Source: an uncultured Candidatus Saccharibacteria bacterium
GTDB taxonomy: Bacteria > Patescibacteriota > Dojkabacteria > SC72
Length of the DNA stretch: 64,000 nucleotides
Direction: 5' to 3'
NCBI GenBank assembly: GCA_964621195.1
Contig: CAZULJ010000001.1
Location: 97,200-161,199, forward strand
Shown in pieces: positions 48,574-58,660 of this stretch. Within the stretch, counting starts at the first letter, position 1, and each line of letters begins with the position of its first letter. Position numbers and translations under genes: made by a program. Under the pieces are notes generated by a model, which ran no database searches, was not told where the DNA came from, and saw nothing but the letters and a program-made list of their open reading frames with translations.

Positions 48574-48957
48574 ATGGCTAAAAGGGGCAATATATATAAG
48601 TGTGAAATATGTGGGCATGTTATAGAGGTCCATCATGAAGGAGTCGGCACATTGGTATGCTGCAATCAACCAATGACAAAGCTAGACGAAAAGAATGAGG
48701 ACCAAGGAATGGAAAAACATGTTCCAGTGATAGAAGAGAAAGATGGATTAATTATGGTAAGTGTGGGAGATGTTCTCCATCCAATGGAGGATTCCCACTA
48801 TATAGAGTTTGTGCAATTAATTGTAGACGAACAAGTATATACGAAGTATCTAGAACCAAACCAAGATCCTATTGTTTCTTTCAGAGTTCCATATACATAC
48901 ACAACAATAAAGGCAGTTGCTTACTGTAATATTCATGGATTATGGAGTTCTGATTAG
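48574..48957 (+). CDS. dfx: desulfoferrodoxin (2Fe superoxide reductase)
   Basis: N-terminal desulforedoxin CxxC...CC (YKCEICGHVIEV...LVCCNQPM). C-terminal SOR centre (HVPVIE...HPMEDSHYIEF...CNIHGLW). Start placed at the internal Met (MAKRGN). Confidence 0.85.
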   Translation: MAKRGNIYKCEICGHVIEVHHEGVGTLVCCNQPMTKLDEKNEDQGMEKHVPVIEEKDGLIMVSVGDVLHPMEDSHYIEFVQLIVDEQVYTKYLEPNQDPIVSFRVPYTYTTIKAVAYCNIHGLWSSD

Positions 48958-49886
48958 CCTAAGAATATCTTGTAACCAAAATATCCGATACCAACAAGAA
49001 GTAGCACAATTATTACAATCAGGACGATAATTACAACACTACTGTCCTTACCCTCTTCTTTCTGTCCTTCATCTAAAGTGTTAACAACCTCTTGCTCTGG
49101 CTGTGGTACCACCTGGGTATCTACAGAAGCCTGAACACTCTCTTGTGGTTGTGATAGACTTGCAGACATATCCATTGCGGGAGTAGCCTGAGGGAATGCT
49201 GGTTGGGAGTCTAATACAGGCTCTTGCACAACTGGAGTTTCAGGCATTACAGGAGCAAATGAATCTTGTGCAGGTACATCGACAGGTGTTTCCGGCATTG
49301 TAGTTGCAAATTGATCTTGAGTTGGTAATACCTCCGGTTGAGCAACTGGAACTTCTGGCATAACTGGAGCAGTTGTCTCCTCCACTGGTAAAACTTCAGG
49401 CTGAGCAATAGGTGCTGGAGTGAAAGAATCTGCTAAAGTTTGAGATGTATTAAGTTCTGGTTGCATATTACTATCAACAACTTGAGAGTCCTGTGGAATA
49501 GCTTGTGGAGTATCAACTACAGATGCAACACCTGGCATTGGAGTCAATGTAGAATCAGGAAGAACCTGAGTCTCTTGTATGTTAACCGTTGGACTTGCTT
49601 GAGGTGCCTCCAATACAGGATCAGAAACCATACTTGTACTTACCTCCTCTTGAGTCACCTGGGGAGCATTTGTATCTGCTACAGGTATTCCTGCAAGAGA
49701 ATCTACTAATGAGTTCTCTTGAGTCGTTGGAGCATCTACAGGTACGCTTCCAGAGGTATTGTCCACTGGCAAAACACCTAAAGGATTAGATTGAGGTTGC
49801 ATTGTATTGTAATCAGGCATAGGAGTAGTTGTATCGTTAGGAGTAGTCTGAGTATTTAATGTCCCATTGTTGTTTGAATCGTCCAC
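48954..49886 (-). CDS. Pro/Thr/Val/Gln-rich tandem-repeat protein with C-terminal TM anchor
   Basis: Imperfect ~20-aa repeats (PVMPETPV...). Underlying DNA has ~60-bp imperfect tandem repeats. Ends in VVIIVLIVIIVLLLVGIGYFGYKIFLG. Confidence 0.5.
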   Translation of the reverse strand: MDDSNNNGTLNTQTTPNDTTTPMPDYNTMQPQSNPLGVLPVDNTSGSVPVDAPTTQENSLVDSLAGIPVADTNAPQVTQEEVSTSMVSDPVLEAPQASPTVNIQETQVLPDSTLTPMPGVASVVDTPQAIPQDSQVVDSNMQPELNTSQTLADSFTPAPIAQPEVLPVEETTAPVMPEVPVAQPEVLPTQDQFATTMPETPVDVPAQDSFAPVMPETPVVQEPVLDSQPAFPQATPAMDMSASLSQPQESVQASVDTQVVPQPEQEVVNTLDEGQKEEGKDSSVVIIVLIVIIVLLLVGIGYFGYKIFLG

Positions 49887-49923
49887 AATTCTAACGTAAA
49901 AAATTTATACACTATTCAATATA

Positions 49924-51609
49924 TCAGAAATTTCTAGCACTCTTCAACAAATTTAAAAGCAAATCTCCCTCCTGTTCACTCGCAATTCTAGGAATCAAGT
50001 CATTGCCATATATTGTAGGAGTAAGCTCTGTCCTTACCAACTTACCCTCTAGTATATAGAGGGACAAAACAAGCCCCTGCCTTGTGCCAATCCATCGAGA
50101 TTGGTCAAAGTAAAGGTTGCCCAAACCATAGAAAATAACGCCATCTTTGTAAACCTCATATGTTTGTGGCTGATGAGCCTGAGTACCAACAACAACATCT
50201 GCTCCGAAATCAACAGCTTTTCTGAAAACACCCTTCTGGTCAGGACTACTCAAAGGTTTATAGCATATTGGATAGATAACATCGGAGGATGGATAGCTAT
50301 AGCACTCTTGGAACTGGAATGTAACAATTACAACATCGGCATTCTCCTTACCCTCCTTAATATCAGCCTCAAGCTTACCCAGAGAGTATGAATTTGCTCC
50401 TGCCCTATCATCTCCAGCGATAGCTCCAGTGTTTAGCATCGTGTCATAGTAATTGTATCCAACAAAAGCAATCTTACTACCCTTCACCTCCTTATACAGA
50501 ATCTTACTAGCATCTTCACTATTCAAACCACCACCAAAGTAATCCCACCCCAAATCCTTGTACATCTCTATACTCTTAGCGTTATTAGAAGCTCCAAAAT
50601 CATTGTTATGATTCCCTGTTAACTCAACAATATCTATTCCACTTTTCTCTAAAGTTTCAATATATTCAGGCTTTGAACAAAATCTCATACCACTGTATAC
50701 AGAACAACCGTCCATGAAAGAGACTTCATTTGAAGTATGTGTCAGATCTGCATCTGCAAGAAAGCTCCCAATATCCCTTGCTGGATATCCATAGTCTTTA
50801 GCAGCATCTATCTTAGATGCTAACCCTCTTGAAATTGCTGTAACACCCGTCATATTTATCTTAACCAATTTCTCATCATTGAGGATATCATTCTCTAATA
50901 TCTCTATATTTTTCTGCAAAAGACCATACACAAAACTAGCCCTATCATCCCCCTCTAATGAGTATGAAATTGTAACCCTTGCCTTTGGTATAGATAAGGG
51001 ATCCTCACCATCAACAGTAAGTGTCTTGTACTCTCTTCCAAGATTAGAAGGAAATAGAAAACCGACAGACTCTTCATCATCAAGTAGCCCCTCAGAAAGA
51101 TTCTCTACTTTTTCAACGGGAATATCATAATACTGCGAAAGATACTCATTGGCAAATAAATACTCCTGCTTCTCCAGTAATATCTTTTTAAAGTTCTCAA
51201 TATTAAATTCATCCTCAATCCAGTAAATATGACCAACTGGGATCAATTCTCTAGAAATAAAGGATTGGGATGTTTTAGAATCAGTAACTCCAAGAACAAA
51301 GTCCGATTCATCTTTCTCAACGAATTCAAATCTCTTCTGCCCTTTAAATTCAATATCTCCAACTCCCTGGACAATACCCTCCTTTACAACTGCAGATATC
51401 TTTGGATCTATATATACTTTGAAGGTATCGTAATTAATCTGAGGTTCATACTCAAAGAAGTAACTTCTAAGAAGGAAAATGGGAGATTGTGTAAAGAGAA
51501 GGAAATAGAAAAAAAAGCTTAGAAATGGTATAATAACATAGATAGGGAGAAGAAATTTTAAATATCTTCTATCCTTTTTTATTCCCACTACTTTGTACTG
51601 CTTGCTCAC
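49924..51609 (-). CDS. CapA/PGA_cap-family metallophosphoesterase (capsule biosynthesis-like) with N-terminal TM
   Basis: C-terminal ADVVVGTQAHQPQTYEVYKDGVIFYGLGNLYFDQ. Confidence 0.65.
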   Translation of the reverse strand: MSKQYKVVGIKKDRRYLKFLLPIYVIIPFLSFFFYFLLFTQSPIFLLRSYFFEYEPQINYDTFKVYIDPKISAVVKEGIVQGVGDIEFKGQKRFEFVEKDESDFVLGVTDSKTSQSFISRELIPVGHIYWIEDEFNIENFKKILLEKQEYLFANEYLSQYYDIPVEKVENLSEGLLDDEESVGFLFPSNLGREYKTLTVDGEDPLSIPKARVTISYSLEGDDRASFVYGLLQKNIEILENDILNDEKLVKINMTGVTAISRGLASKIDAAKDYGYPARDIGSFLADADLTHTSNEVSFMDGCSVYSGMRFCSKPEYIETLEKSGIDIVELTGNHNNDFGASNNAKSIEMYKDLGWDYFGGGLNSEDASKILYKEVKGSKIAFVGYNYYDTMLNTGAIAGDDRAGANSYSLGKLEADIKEGKENADVVIVTFQFQECYSYPSSDVIYPICYKPLSSPDQKGVFRKAVDFGADVVVGTQAHQPQTYEVYKDGVIFYGLGNLYFDQSRWIGTRQGLVLSLYILEGKLVRTELTPTIYGNDLIPRIASEQEGDLLLNLLKSARNF

Positions 51610-51682
51610 AGATACATAGTATCACAATTTAGTTTACCTACAAAGGCAAAACTATAGGACAAAGTGTAGACATATTAAAACT

Positions 51683-52276
51683 ATGAATACAAACAAAACA
51701 AAGAAAAACATATTAGCGATAGTAGCAGGGATACTGTTTACAGGCCTAATATTAAATACAATAGATGAAATCTCACCTACAAAGGTAATGAGTATAAATC
51801 AGGCATCTCTAATTGAAAATGGAGAAGAGACTGTACAGTATTTGGATTCTAACGAAATAAAGGAAAGAATCTTAGAAGAAGCTGTATCAACAAGAGCTGA
51901 AGATGCAGAGACCTTAAGACAAATTGAGAATGTAAGAAGATACCTAGAGAGCAGAAATGCTCCTTTAGCACCCTATACAAAAGAGTTTGTAAAAGCAGCA
52001 CATGAATACGGTATTGACTATAGATTAGTAGCTGCGATATCTATCATTGAATCAAGTGGTGGATTACATACCTTTAGAACATATAACGCTTGGGGTTGGG
52101 GTAAAATGAACTTCAGTAGCTGGGAGGAAGGTATATGGACAGTTTCAAAAGGTCTTGGAAAATACTACGCAAGAGGATTAACTACACCACAAAGAATATC
52201 CGTATACTACTGTCCTCCAACTGCTTCAGAGTGGGCAAGAAAAGTATCCTTTGTAATGGGACAAATAGGTGAGTAA
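51683..52276 (+). CDS. membrane-anchored lysozyme-like/glucosaminidase-like cell-wall hydrolase (weak)
   Basis: LVAAISIIESSGG...AWGWG resembles the GH73/SLT catalytic-Glu region. Confidence 0.35.
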   Translation: MNTNKTKKNILAIVAGILFTGLILNTIDEISPTKVMSINQASLIENGEETVQYLDSNEIKERILEEAVSTRAEDAETLRQIENVRRYLESRNAPLAPYTKEFVKAAHEYGIDYRLVAAISIIESSGGLHTFRTYNAWGWGKMNFSSWEEGIWTVSKGLGKYYARGLTTPQRISVYYCPPTASEWARKVSFVMGQIGE

Positions 52277-52287
52277 AATACTCTAGT

Positions 52288-52983
52288 ATGGAAGAAACAA
52301 AACTAGGGAAATACAGAGTCCTGTATACAAATAGTAAGGAATTTCACACAATAAAAAGGGAGATCTGGGGAGAAGGTACCTATTACTTTGATACAGACAA
52401 TAGCTCACCATTTATAATCGATATAGGAGCACACATTGGTCTTTCAGTTCTCTACTTTAAAAGTATATATCCTAATTCAAAAATTCTTGCTTTCGAACCA
52501 AATCCCAATACTTTTGATATCCTCAAAGAGAATATATATATTAATAATTTAGAGAATATTGAAATACATAATATTGCGATATGGAAAGATTGCGGAACTA
52601 AAGATTTCTATATAGACTCCAATGATACCGGTTGGGATTCAAATGCGAGTTTAATAAAAGGTGGGTGGACAGGTAAAGAAGATACCAAAAGGATTACAAT
52701 CAAGACAGAAATGTTAAGCAAGTTCATATCAAGAAAGGTTGATTTGCTCAAAATCGATGCCGAAGGAAGTGAAATACCAATACTTAAAAGCAATAAAGGT
52801 TTACTGAAAGATATTGAGAATATAGTAATAGAGTACCACCCAATAAAAGGGTATAAAGTTCAAGATTTACTGCAATTACTGTCCAAACAGTTTTCATTGA
52901 AGATAACGTCCGATGGAAAACTTCTTAAGAAACCAATAGAAGGAAAGTTACTAACGATAAAAGGAAAGAATCTTGTAAAGTAG
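52288..52983 (+). CDS. FkbM-family methyltransferase
   Basis: FIIDIGAHIGLSVLYF glycine-rich SAM motif. Confidence 0.7.
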   Translation: MEETKLGKYRVLYTNSKEFHTIKREIWGEGTYYFDTDNSSPFIIDIGAHIGLSVLYFKSIYPNSKILAFEPNPNTFDILKENIYINNLENIEIHNIAIWKDCGTKDFYIDSNDTGWDSNASLIKGGWTGKEDTKRITIKTEMLSKFISRKVDLLKIDAEGSEIPILKSNKGLLKDIENIVIEYHPIKGYKVQDLLQLLSKQFSLKITSDGKLLKKPIEGKLLTIKGKNLVK

Positions 52984-53970
52984 TGTCTTTATAGGTCCCC
53001 TAAATATCCCATATAAAACAGATCTAAGCTTATCGGGATCATGACGGATAAGACTTCTAACAAGGACATCTCCCTTATCCTTCTTTATGATTGAGTTTGC
53101 AACTAAATCTTCACGAATTACCTTCCTCTGGCCACTCTCTTTCAAATCATCAATAAAAAGACTCTCACCATCATCAATATATCTCTTGTATGCTTCACTA
53201 GGTATTCTTCCATTGTTTATCAAGACATAATCAAACTCTCTACCAATATGACCCTCGACAATCTCAATCATGCTTTTCTGGGTCAATCCCCTTGTCTGCC
53301 CTATCTTAGTCATAAGGTTAGGAATAAATATCAACTTCGCCTTTGTACTTTGCAGAGCTTGTGGGATACCATCTACTAAGATGTTTGCAAGAGTGGTTGT
53401 ATACAAGTCTCCTGGGCCAATAATGATATATTGAGAATCTAAAATCTTCTCTACCGCACCAGGGTATGCTTTTGCTTCTCCATCTAAATAAAACTTATCT
53501 ATACGGATATCTTCTTCTGGTTCATCGATGAAATGCTCCCCTACTACCCTTTTACCATTTGTATACTCTGCAACAAGTCTGACCTTATCCAGTGTTACTG
53601 GTAATATATCACCCCGGACATTGAATAAGTATTTAAACATTTCAATAGCATCTACCTCAGAGCCAGCGACCTCTGTCATCGCAATCATAAGAAGATTGCC
53701 CAGTGTATGTCCCTTTAAACCTTCTCCCTGCGAGAATCTGTAAGTAAAAAGGTTCCTAAGTATATCTCCCTCATTCTCTTCTGAAAGTGCGATGATTGAC
53801 TTCCTAAGATCACTAAAGGGTAAGAGACCAAATTCATCTCTTACAACTGCATTGCTTCCGCCATCATCCATCATCCCAACTATAACGGAAAGTTCTAAAT
53901 CTTTATCTTTTTTTAATCCTTCGAGTACTGTCGATGTTCCAGTTCCTCCTCCTATTAAGGTGATTTTCAT
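52951..53970 (-). CDS. YvcK/CofD-like (UPF0052) gluconeogenesis-factor family protein
   Basis: KITLIGGGTGTSTVLEGLK N-terminus. Confidence 0.8.
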   Translation of the reverse strand: MKITLIGGGTGTSTVLEGLKKDKDLELSVIVGMMDDGGSNAVVRDEFGLLPFSDLRKSIIALSEENEGDILRNLFTYRFSQGEGLKGHTLGNLLMIAMTEVAGSEVDAIEMFKYLFNVRGDILPVTLDKVRLVAEYTNGKRVVGEHFIDEPEEDIRIDKFYLDGEAKAYPGAVEKILDSQYIIIGPGDLYTTTLANILVDGIPQALQSTKAKLIFIPNLMTKIGQTRGLTQKSMIEIVEGHIGREFDYVLINNGRIPSEAYKRYIDDGESLFIDDLKESGQRKVIREDLVANSIIKKDKGDVLVRSLIRHDPDKLRSVLYGIFRGPIKTLLYKILSFYR

Positions 53971-54031
53971 AAGTGAATTGTATATTAAAAAATGTTATAA
54001 TCAAATGTTTACTTAACGATTATACCTTATT

Positions 54032-54556
54032 ATGAATTTCAAGATTGGATCAAAAGTTTTCTACCCCTCACATGGAGCTGGTTGGGTTAAGCAGGAGAAG
54101 GAAATAGAGTTTAATGGACAGAAGAAGCAGTATTTTGAGTTTGAATTTATAAACAGTGCACTAACAATTTCCACACCAATCGAGAACATTGAGAACCTAA
54201 GTGTAAGAGCAGTTCATTCTGCGAAAGAAATTAAAGAGAAAATCTCTATACTAAAAAAGAAACCTACTAAAGATCCAAAGACTACGGATTTCAATAAGCT
54301 AATGGAACTTTTCAAGAAGTTAGAAGATGGTGCAAATGTAGACAGTGCGATTGAAACAATACAATATTGCAATCATGTAAAGAAAGGTCGAGAGAAAGAT
54401 GGAAGATTAATACCTGTAACAATAGAGAACGAACTAAACAGGGCAATTAATGACATCGTAGGTGAATTAGCAGTATCTTCTGGAGTAAAGCTATTTACTG
54501 CAGCAAAAACATTCGAAAAGATTACAGGTTTAGAGACTAAGATAGAAGAAGAATAG
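54032..54556 (+). CDS. CarD/CdnL-family RNA polymerase-binding regulator
   Basis: FKIGSKVFYPSHGAGWV matches the CarD_TRCF N-terminal domain. Confidence 0.75.
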   Translation: MNFKIGSKVFYPSHGAGWVKQEKEIEFNGQKKQYFEFEFINSALTISTPIENIENLSVRAVHSAKEIKEKISILKKKPTKDPKTTDFNKLMELFKKLEDGANVDSAIETIQYCNHVKKGREKDGRLIPVTIENELNRAINDIVGELAVSSGVKLFTAAKTFEKITGLETKIEEE

Positions 54557-54567
54557 TAAAGCCCTCT

Positions 54568-57543
54568 TTAAAAAGAGAGCTTTACCTCCATGTCCTCAAT
54601 CTTGAATGTACCCTTTGGGTTATCAACAGTGTTAACAACTTTTACAGATTTAACCTGTAATTCCTCTTTCCTTTCTTCGAATAGTTTCTCCAAAAGCTTA
54701 CCTAGTTTCTGATCTGAGATTTCAACTTGAAGATCAATCATATCCCCCATCTGAAGACCACTCTTCTTTCTAATGTCTCTATACTTTCTCATAAAGTCAT
54801 TTATATATCCCTGTGCCTTCAATTCATCATTTAGATTTGTATCCAAGGTTACAAATAACTCATATTCTCCGAAGGTTAATAAACCTTCACCCTCTAAAGG
54901 CTTTTCCGAGTACACAACCTCAGATACATTCAATTCAGATTTAACAATCTCACAGAGATTCTCGTCCCGAAGATTAACATATGCTTTAGAAAGAGGTTGT
55001 CTTAAATTCAAACCAGCATCCTCCCTTATCTTCAAACCGTTAGAACATATCTCTCTAACAAGATCCATATTCTTAAGAAGATCTTCTTCGATTTCTATAT
55101 CAAATACTGGATATTCCTCTAAATGGACTGACTCTTTTGCATTCTTTACACCACCCTTTACAACAAGGGTCTGATATATTTCCTCTGTCAAAAATGGCAT
55201 TTGAGGAGCAAATATCTTTGAAAAAAGAACCATTGCAGAGTACAAGGTTTGCAAAGCACCAGTATCTCCCTGTGCAAATCTGTCACGGGATCTTCTAATC
55301 CACCACTTGGATATATTATCTATGCATGGCTGAATTAATTTTACAGAAGTTGGAATATCATATGCCTCAAGTGCAGCCGCATATTCCCTAGAGACCTTTA
55401 TCATGTACTGCTCTAGCCATTTATCCAAAAGGTTCTGAGAAGTAAATTCTGTAGTCTCAGGGCTCCACTCATGTATGTTTGTATACAAGGAAAGATATCT
55501 AAAGGTATTCCATACAGGAATTAGGATATTCTTTGATTGTTCTTTCAGTAAATCATCCGACCAATTGATGTCTCCACCAGACATGATTGGTGTCGACATT
55601 ATATATAGCCTTAAAGCTTCGCCACCGAACTGTTCAAGAGTTTTCTTTGGATCGGGATAGTTACCGTATGATTTACTCATTTTCCTTCCATCATTTCCAA
55701 ACATTACTCCAGTACAAATAACATTTTTGTATGCAACATCATCGAAAAGCATTAAAGACATCCTAAACAAAACATTGAACCATGCCCTAATCTGACCCGT
55801 ATATTCGACAATAAAGTCTGCAGGGAATGCATCTTCAAACTCTTCCTTGTTTTCAAATGGATAGTGGTGTTCAGCAAATGGAACACTTCCAGAATCCATC
55901 CAACAATCCAATACTTCAGGGATTCTTCGGTATTCTTTACCATCTTTCTTTAGTAAAATCTGATCACACACATCCCTATGAAGTGTCATCTTTTTACCAT
56001 TAAGGTGATATTCTGTTTTCCCATTAACTTCCTTCTTCTCAATCTGGTCAGTATATTGAGTCATCTCTTCCATGCTTCCCATTATCAATTGATCACCGTC
56101 TTCGCTTTCCCAAATTGGCATTATTGTTGCCCAATATCTGTTTCTAGATATTGCCCAATCAGGTGCAGTCTCTAAGACATTCTCAAATCTTTTTTTAAAA
56201 GTCTCGGGAACCCATGTAATCTTTTCCTGTAATTCAAGCATTCTTCCCTTTATCTTTTGTATATCGATGAAGTAGGAATCTTGAGTCATATATATCAATG
56301 GGTTATCACCACGATAGAAAGGCAGTCTGTGGATGTAACTTTCTGATCTTAGAAGCTTTCCCTGTTTCTCAAGATCATCAGCAACCATCGGAGATGCCTC
56401 ACGTATATATACACCCTTCCAAGGACCTTGTAACATACGACCACTTTCATCAATATGAACAGTATCACTCAGTCCCCATTCCTTACCCATATTAAAGTCT
56501 ACCTCGCCAAAACCTGGTGCAACGTGTAGAACCCCACTACCTTCGCTTTCAACAACTTCGTCCGAGAGATATACATGCCAATCTTTCTTTGTAGCACTTT
56601 CTACAAAGTAATCATATGCAGGAACATATTCAAGCCCTTCGAAATGCTTACCTTCGTATTCACCAACTACCTCATATTTCTCATCTTTAAATGTTTCTTC
56701 TAATCTTTCCTTTGATACGACAAGATATTCATCCTTATACTTAACTAATGCATACTTAAAATTCTCATTTACAGCAAGAGCAAAGTTTGCGGGTATTGTC
56801 CAAGGGGTAGTTGTCCAAGCAACAAGCTTTACAGGATTACCATTTGTAACATCCCTAAATTTATCTCCCTTCAATTCGAATTTAACAAAAATTGCTAAAT
56901 CCTCAACATCCTGATATGTATCATCCATGGTTACCTCGAAGTTGGAAACAGGAGTAGAAGTATCTGTGGAGAAAAGTGACACTCTTTTACCTTTGTATAT
57001 TAAACCTTTCTCCCAGATCTGTTTGAAAGCCCAAAGAACAGACTCATTAAACTCAGGATCCATAGTTCTGTATGCATGATCCAAATCTACCCATCTACCA
57101 ATCTTTTCAATGTACCATCTCCAGTCGCTGATTCCCTGCTCAACATATGTCCTACACTCTTGAACATACTTATCTACTCCAATCTTGGTCTCGACATCAA
57201 CTCTGTCCTTTACCCCTAACTTCTTATTAACCCTTTCCTCAATTGGTAATCCATGACAATCCCAACCCCATACTCTTCTGACACGAAATCCTTTCATAGT
57301 CCAATATCTTGGAATTATATCCTTTGGAATTGAAACAAGAAGACTTCCATAGTGTGGTGTTCCAGTAACAAACGGAGGACCATCTACGAAGGAATATCTT
57401 CTATCCTTTGGTCTTTGTTCTACACTCTTTATAAAGATTTCCTCTTTCTTCCAAAAGTCATTTATTCCATCCTCCATTTTGGAGAAATTTATACTAGAAG
57501 GAACTTCAGGTATTCTAGATTTTGACATATTAATTTCTTTCAA
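54568..57543 (-). CDS. ileS: isoleucyl-tRNA synthetase
   Basis: GPPFVTGTPHYGSLL (HIGH-region variant HYGS), GWDCHGLP, KMSKS. 991 aa with CP1 editing domain. Confidence 0.95.
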   Translation of the reverse strand: MKEINMSKSRIPEVPSSINFSKMEDGINDFWKKEEIFIKSVEQRPKDRRYSFVDGPPFVTGTPHYGSLLVSIPKDIIPRYWTMKGFRVRRVWGWDCHGLPIEERVNKKLGVKDRVDVETKIGVDKYVQECRTYVEQGISDWRWYIEKIGRWVDLDHAYRTMDPEFNESVLWAFKQIWEKGLIYKGKRVSLFSTDTSTPVSNFEVTMDDTYQDVEDLAIFVKFELKGDKFRDVTNGNPVKLVAWTTTPWTIPANFALAVNENFKYALVKYKDEYLVVSKERLEETFKDEKYEVVGEYEGKHFEGLEYVPAYDYFVESATKKDWHVYLSDEVVESEGSGVLHVAPGFGEVDFNMGKEWGLSDTVHIDESGRMLQGPWKGVYIREASPMVADDLEKQGKLLRSESYIHRLPFYRGDNPLIYMTQDSYFIDIQKIKGRMLELQEKITWVPETFKKRFENVLETAPDWAISRNRYWATIMPIWESEDGDQLIMGSMEEMTQYTDQIEKKEVNGKTEYHLNGKKMTLHRDVCDQILLKKDGKEYRRIPEVLDCWMDSGSVPFAEHHYPFENKEEFEDAFPADFIVEYTGQIRAWFNVLFRMSLMLFDDVAYKNVICTGVMFGNDGRKMSKSYGNYPDPKKTLEQFGGEALRLYIMSTPIMSGGDINWSDDLLKEQSKNILIPVWNTFRYLSLYTNIHEWSPETTEFTSQNLLDKWLEQYMIKVSREYAAALEAYDIPTSVKLIQPCIDNISKWWIRRSRDRFAQGDTGALQTLYSAMVLFSKIFAPQMPFLTEEIYQTLVVKGGVKNAKESVHLEEYPVFDIEIEEDLLKNMDLVREICSNGLKIREDAGLNLRQPLSKAYVNLRDENLCEIVKSELNVSEVVYSEKPLEGEGLLTFGEYELFVTLDTNLNDELKAQGYINDFMRKYRDIRKKSGLQMGDMIDLQVEISDQKLGKLLEKLFEERKEELQVKSVKVVNTVDNPKGTFKIEDMEVKLSF

Positions 57544-57550
57544 AGTTATT

Positions 57551-57825
57551 TAAAACAAAAATCCCCTTGCAAGATATGATACATTGTATCAACTCTTACA
57601 AAGGGACGTATATACGTGTTACCACCCTTTTTTGAAATTGCATTACTACAATCTCCTTACAGACCACATATATGGTCTTGCTTTTTCTCGGTAGCATACC
57701 GTTGGAGTCTACTCACCATATGGTTTTCTTTCCACCACTCTCCAGTGATATCTGGGTCAACGTGTTAAGCAGATTATATCATATCAGGTTATATAGATGG
57801 TATAATATACTAGGATTTATTTAAT
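57551..57825 (-). promoter_or_regulatory. T-box riboswitch leader of ileS
   Basis: Minus-strand RNA AAAAAGGGUGGUAACACGUAUAUACGUCCCUUU forms an antiterminator (AAAGGG/CCCUUU with UGGU bulge). It overlaps a terminator (CCCUUUGUAAGAG...CUUGCAAGGGG plus AUUUUUGUUUU) just 5' of the ileS ATG. Confidence 0.6.
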
Positions 57826-57842
57826 TTCTTACTATTAATGCA

Positions 57843-58061
57843 ATGTCTTTTGAACCAAACGAGCCCAACGGAGAAGTAAATGAGGATGGATTGATAGATA
57901 ACAGTACACATTGGCTTGGTACAGATCCAGAAACAGGAGCTCCTGATCTATCTGATGTACACAGTGTACATGACTGCATTGGAGATGATGGTACCCACTA
58001 CACATTAAACGAAGAGACTGGAGAGTATGAAGTTACAATTCCAGGTCCAAACGATGACTAG
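57843..58061 (+). CDS. small acidic hypothetical protein
   Basis: ORF track only. Could be non-coding. Confidence 0.25.
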   Translation: MSFEPNEPNGEVNEDGLIDNSTHWLGTDPETGAPDLSDVHSVHDCIGDDGTHYTLNEETGEYEVTIPGPNDD

Positions 58062-58659
58062 GGAAGATATTCTTCTAAGAATAGAAAGCTCTGAGACAGT
58101 ATTTCCCCCAAGGAAAGAAATCTTCAGAGCTTTTTCTTTAACCCCTCTAAAAAAAGTCAAGGTCGTAATCATTGGACAAGATCCATATCATGGAGAAGGA
58201 GAAGCTAATGGGTTAGCATTCTCTGTGAACAAAGGAATAAAATTACCACCATCATTGAGAAATATATACAAGGAATTGGAGGATGATTTAGGGATTAAAG
58301 CACCAACACACGGAGATTTATCTGCATGGGCAAAACAAGGAGTACTACTTCTAAATTCAATATTAACGGTAAGAGAAAATACCCCTGGGTCACACAGAAA
58401 GATAGGTTGGGAAGAGTATACAGACTCTGTAATACAGGAAATATCGAATAGCAAAAAACATATTGTCTTTATACTTTGGGGCAAGTATGCACAAAAGAAG
58501 AAAGAATTAATAGACAGTGATAAACATTTAATAATAGAATCTCCACACCCATCCCCATTTTCTGCAAGAAAGGGTTTCTTTGGGAGCAAGCCATTTAGTA
58601 GAACAAACAAATACCTCAGAGAAAATAATATCTCTGAAATAGATTGGCAAATTCCTTAA
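58054..58659 (+). CDS. ung: uracil-DNA glycosylase, family 1
   Basis: VVIIGQDPYHGEGEANGLAFSV and HPSPFSA. Start placed at the internal Met (MTREDIL). Confidence 0.85.
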   Translation: MTREDILLRIESSETVFPPRKEIFRAFSLTPLKKVKVVIIGQDPYHGEGEANGLAFSVNKGIKLPPSLRNIYKELEDDLGIKAPTHGDLSAWAKQGVLLLNSILTVRENTPGSHRKIGWEEYTDSVIQEISNSKKHIVFILWGKYAQKKKELIDSDKHLIIESPHPSPFSARKGFFGSKPFSRTNKYLRENNISEIDWQIP

Positions 58660-58660
58660 A

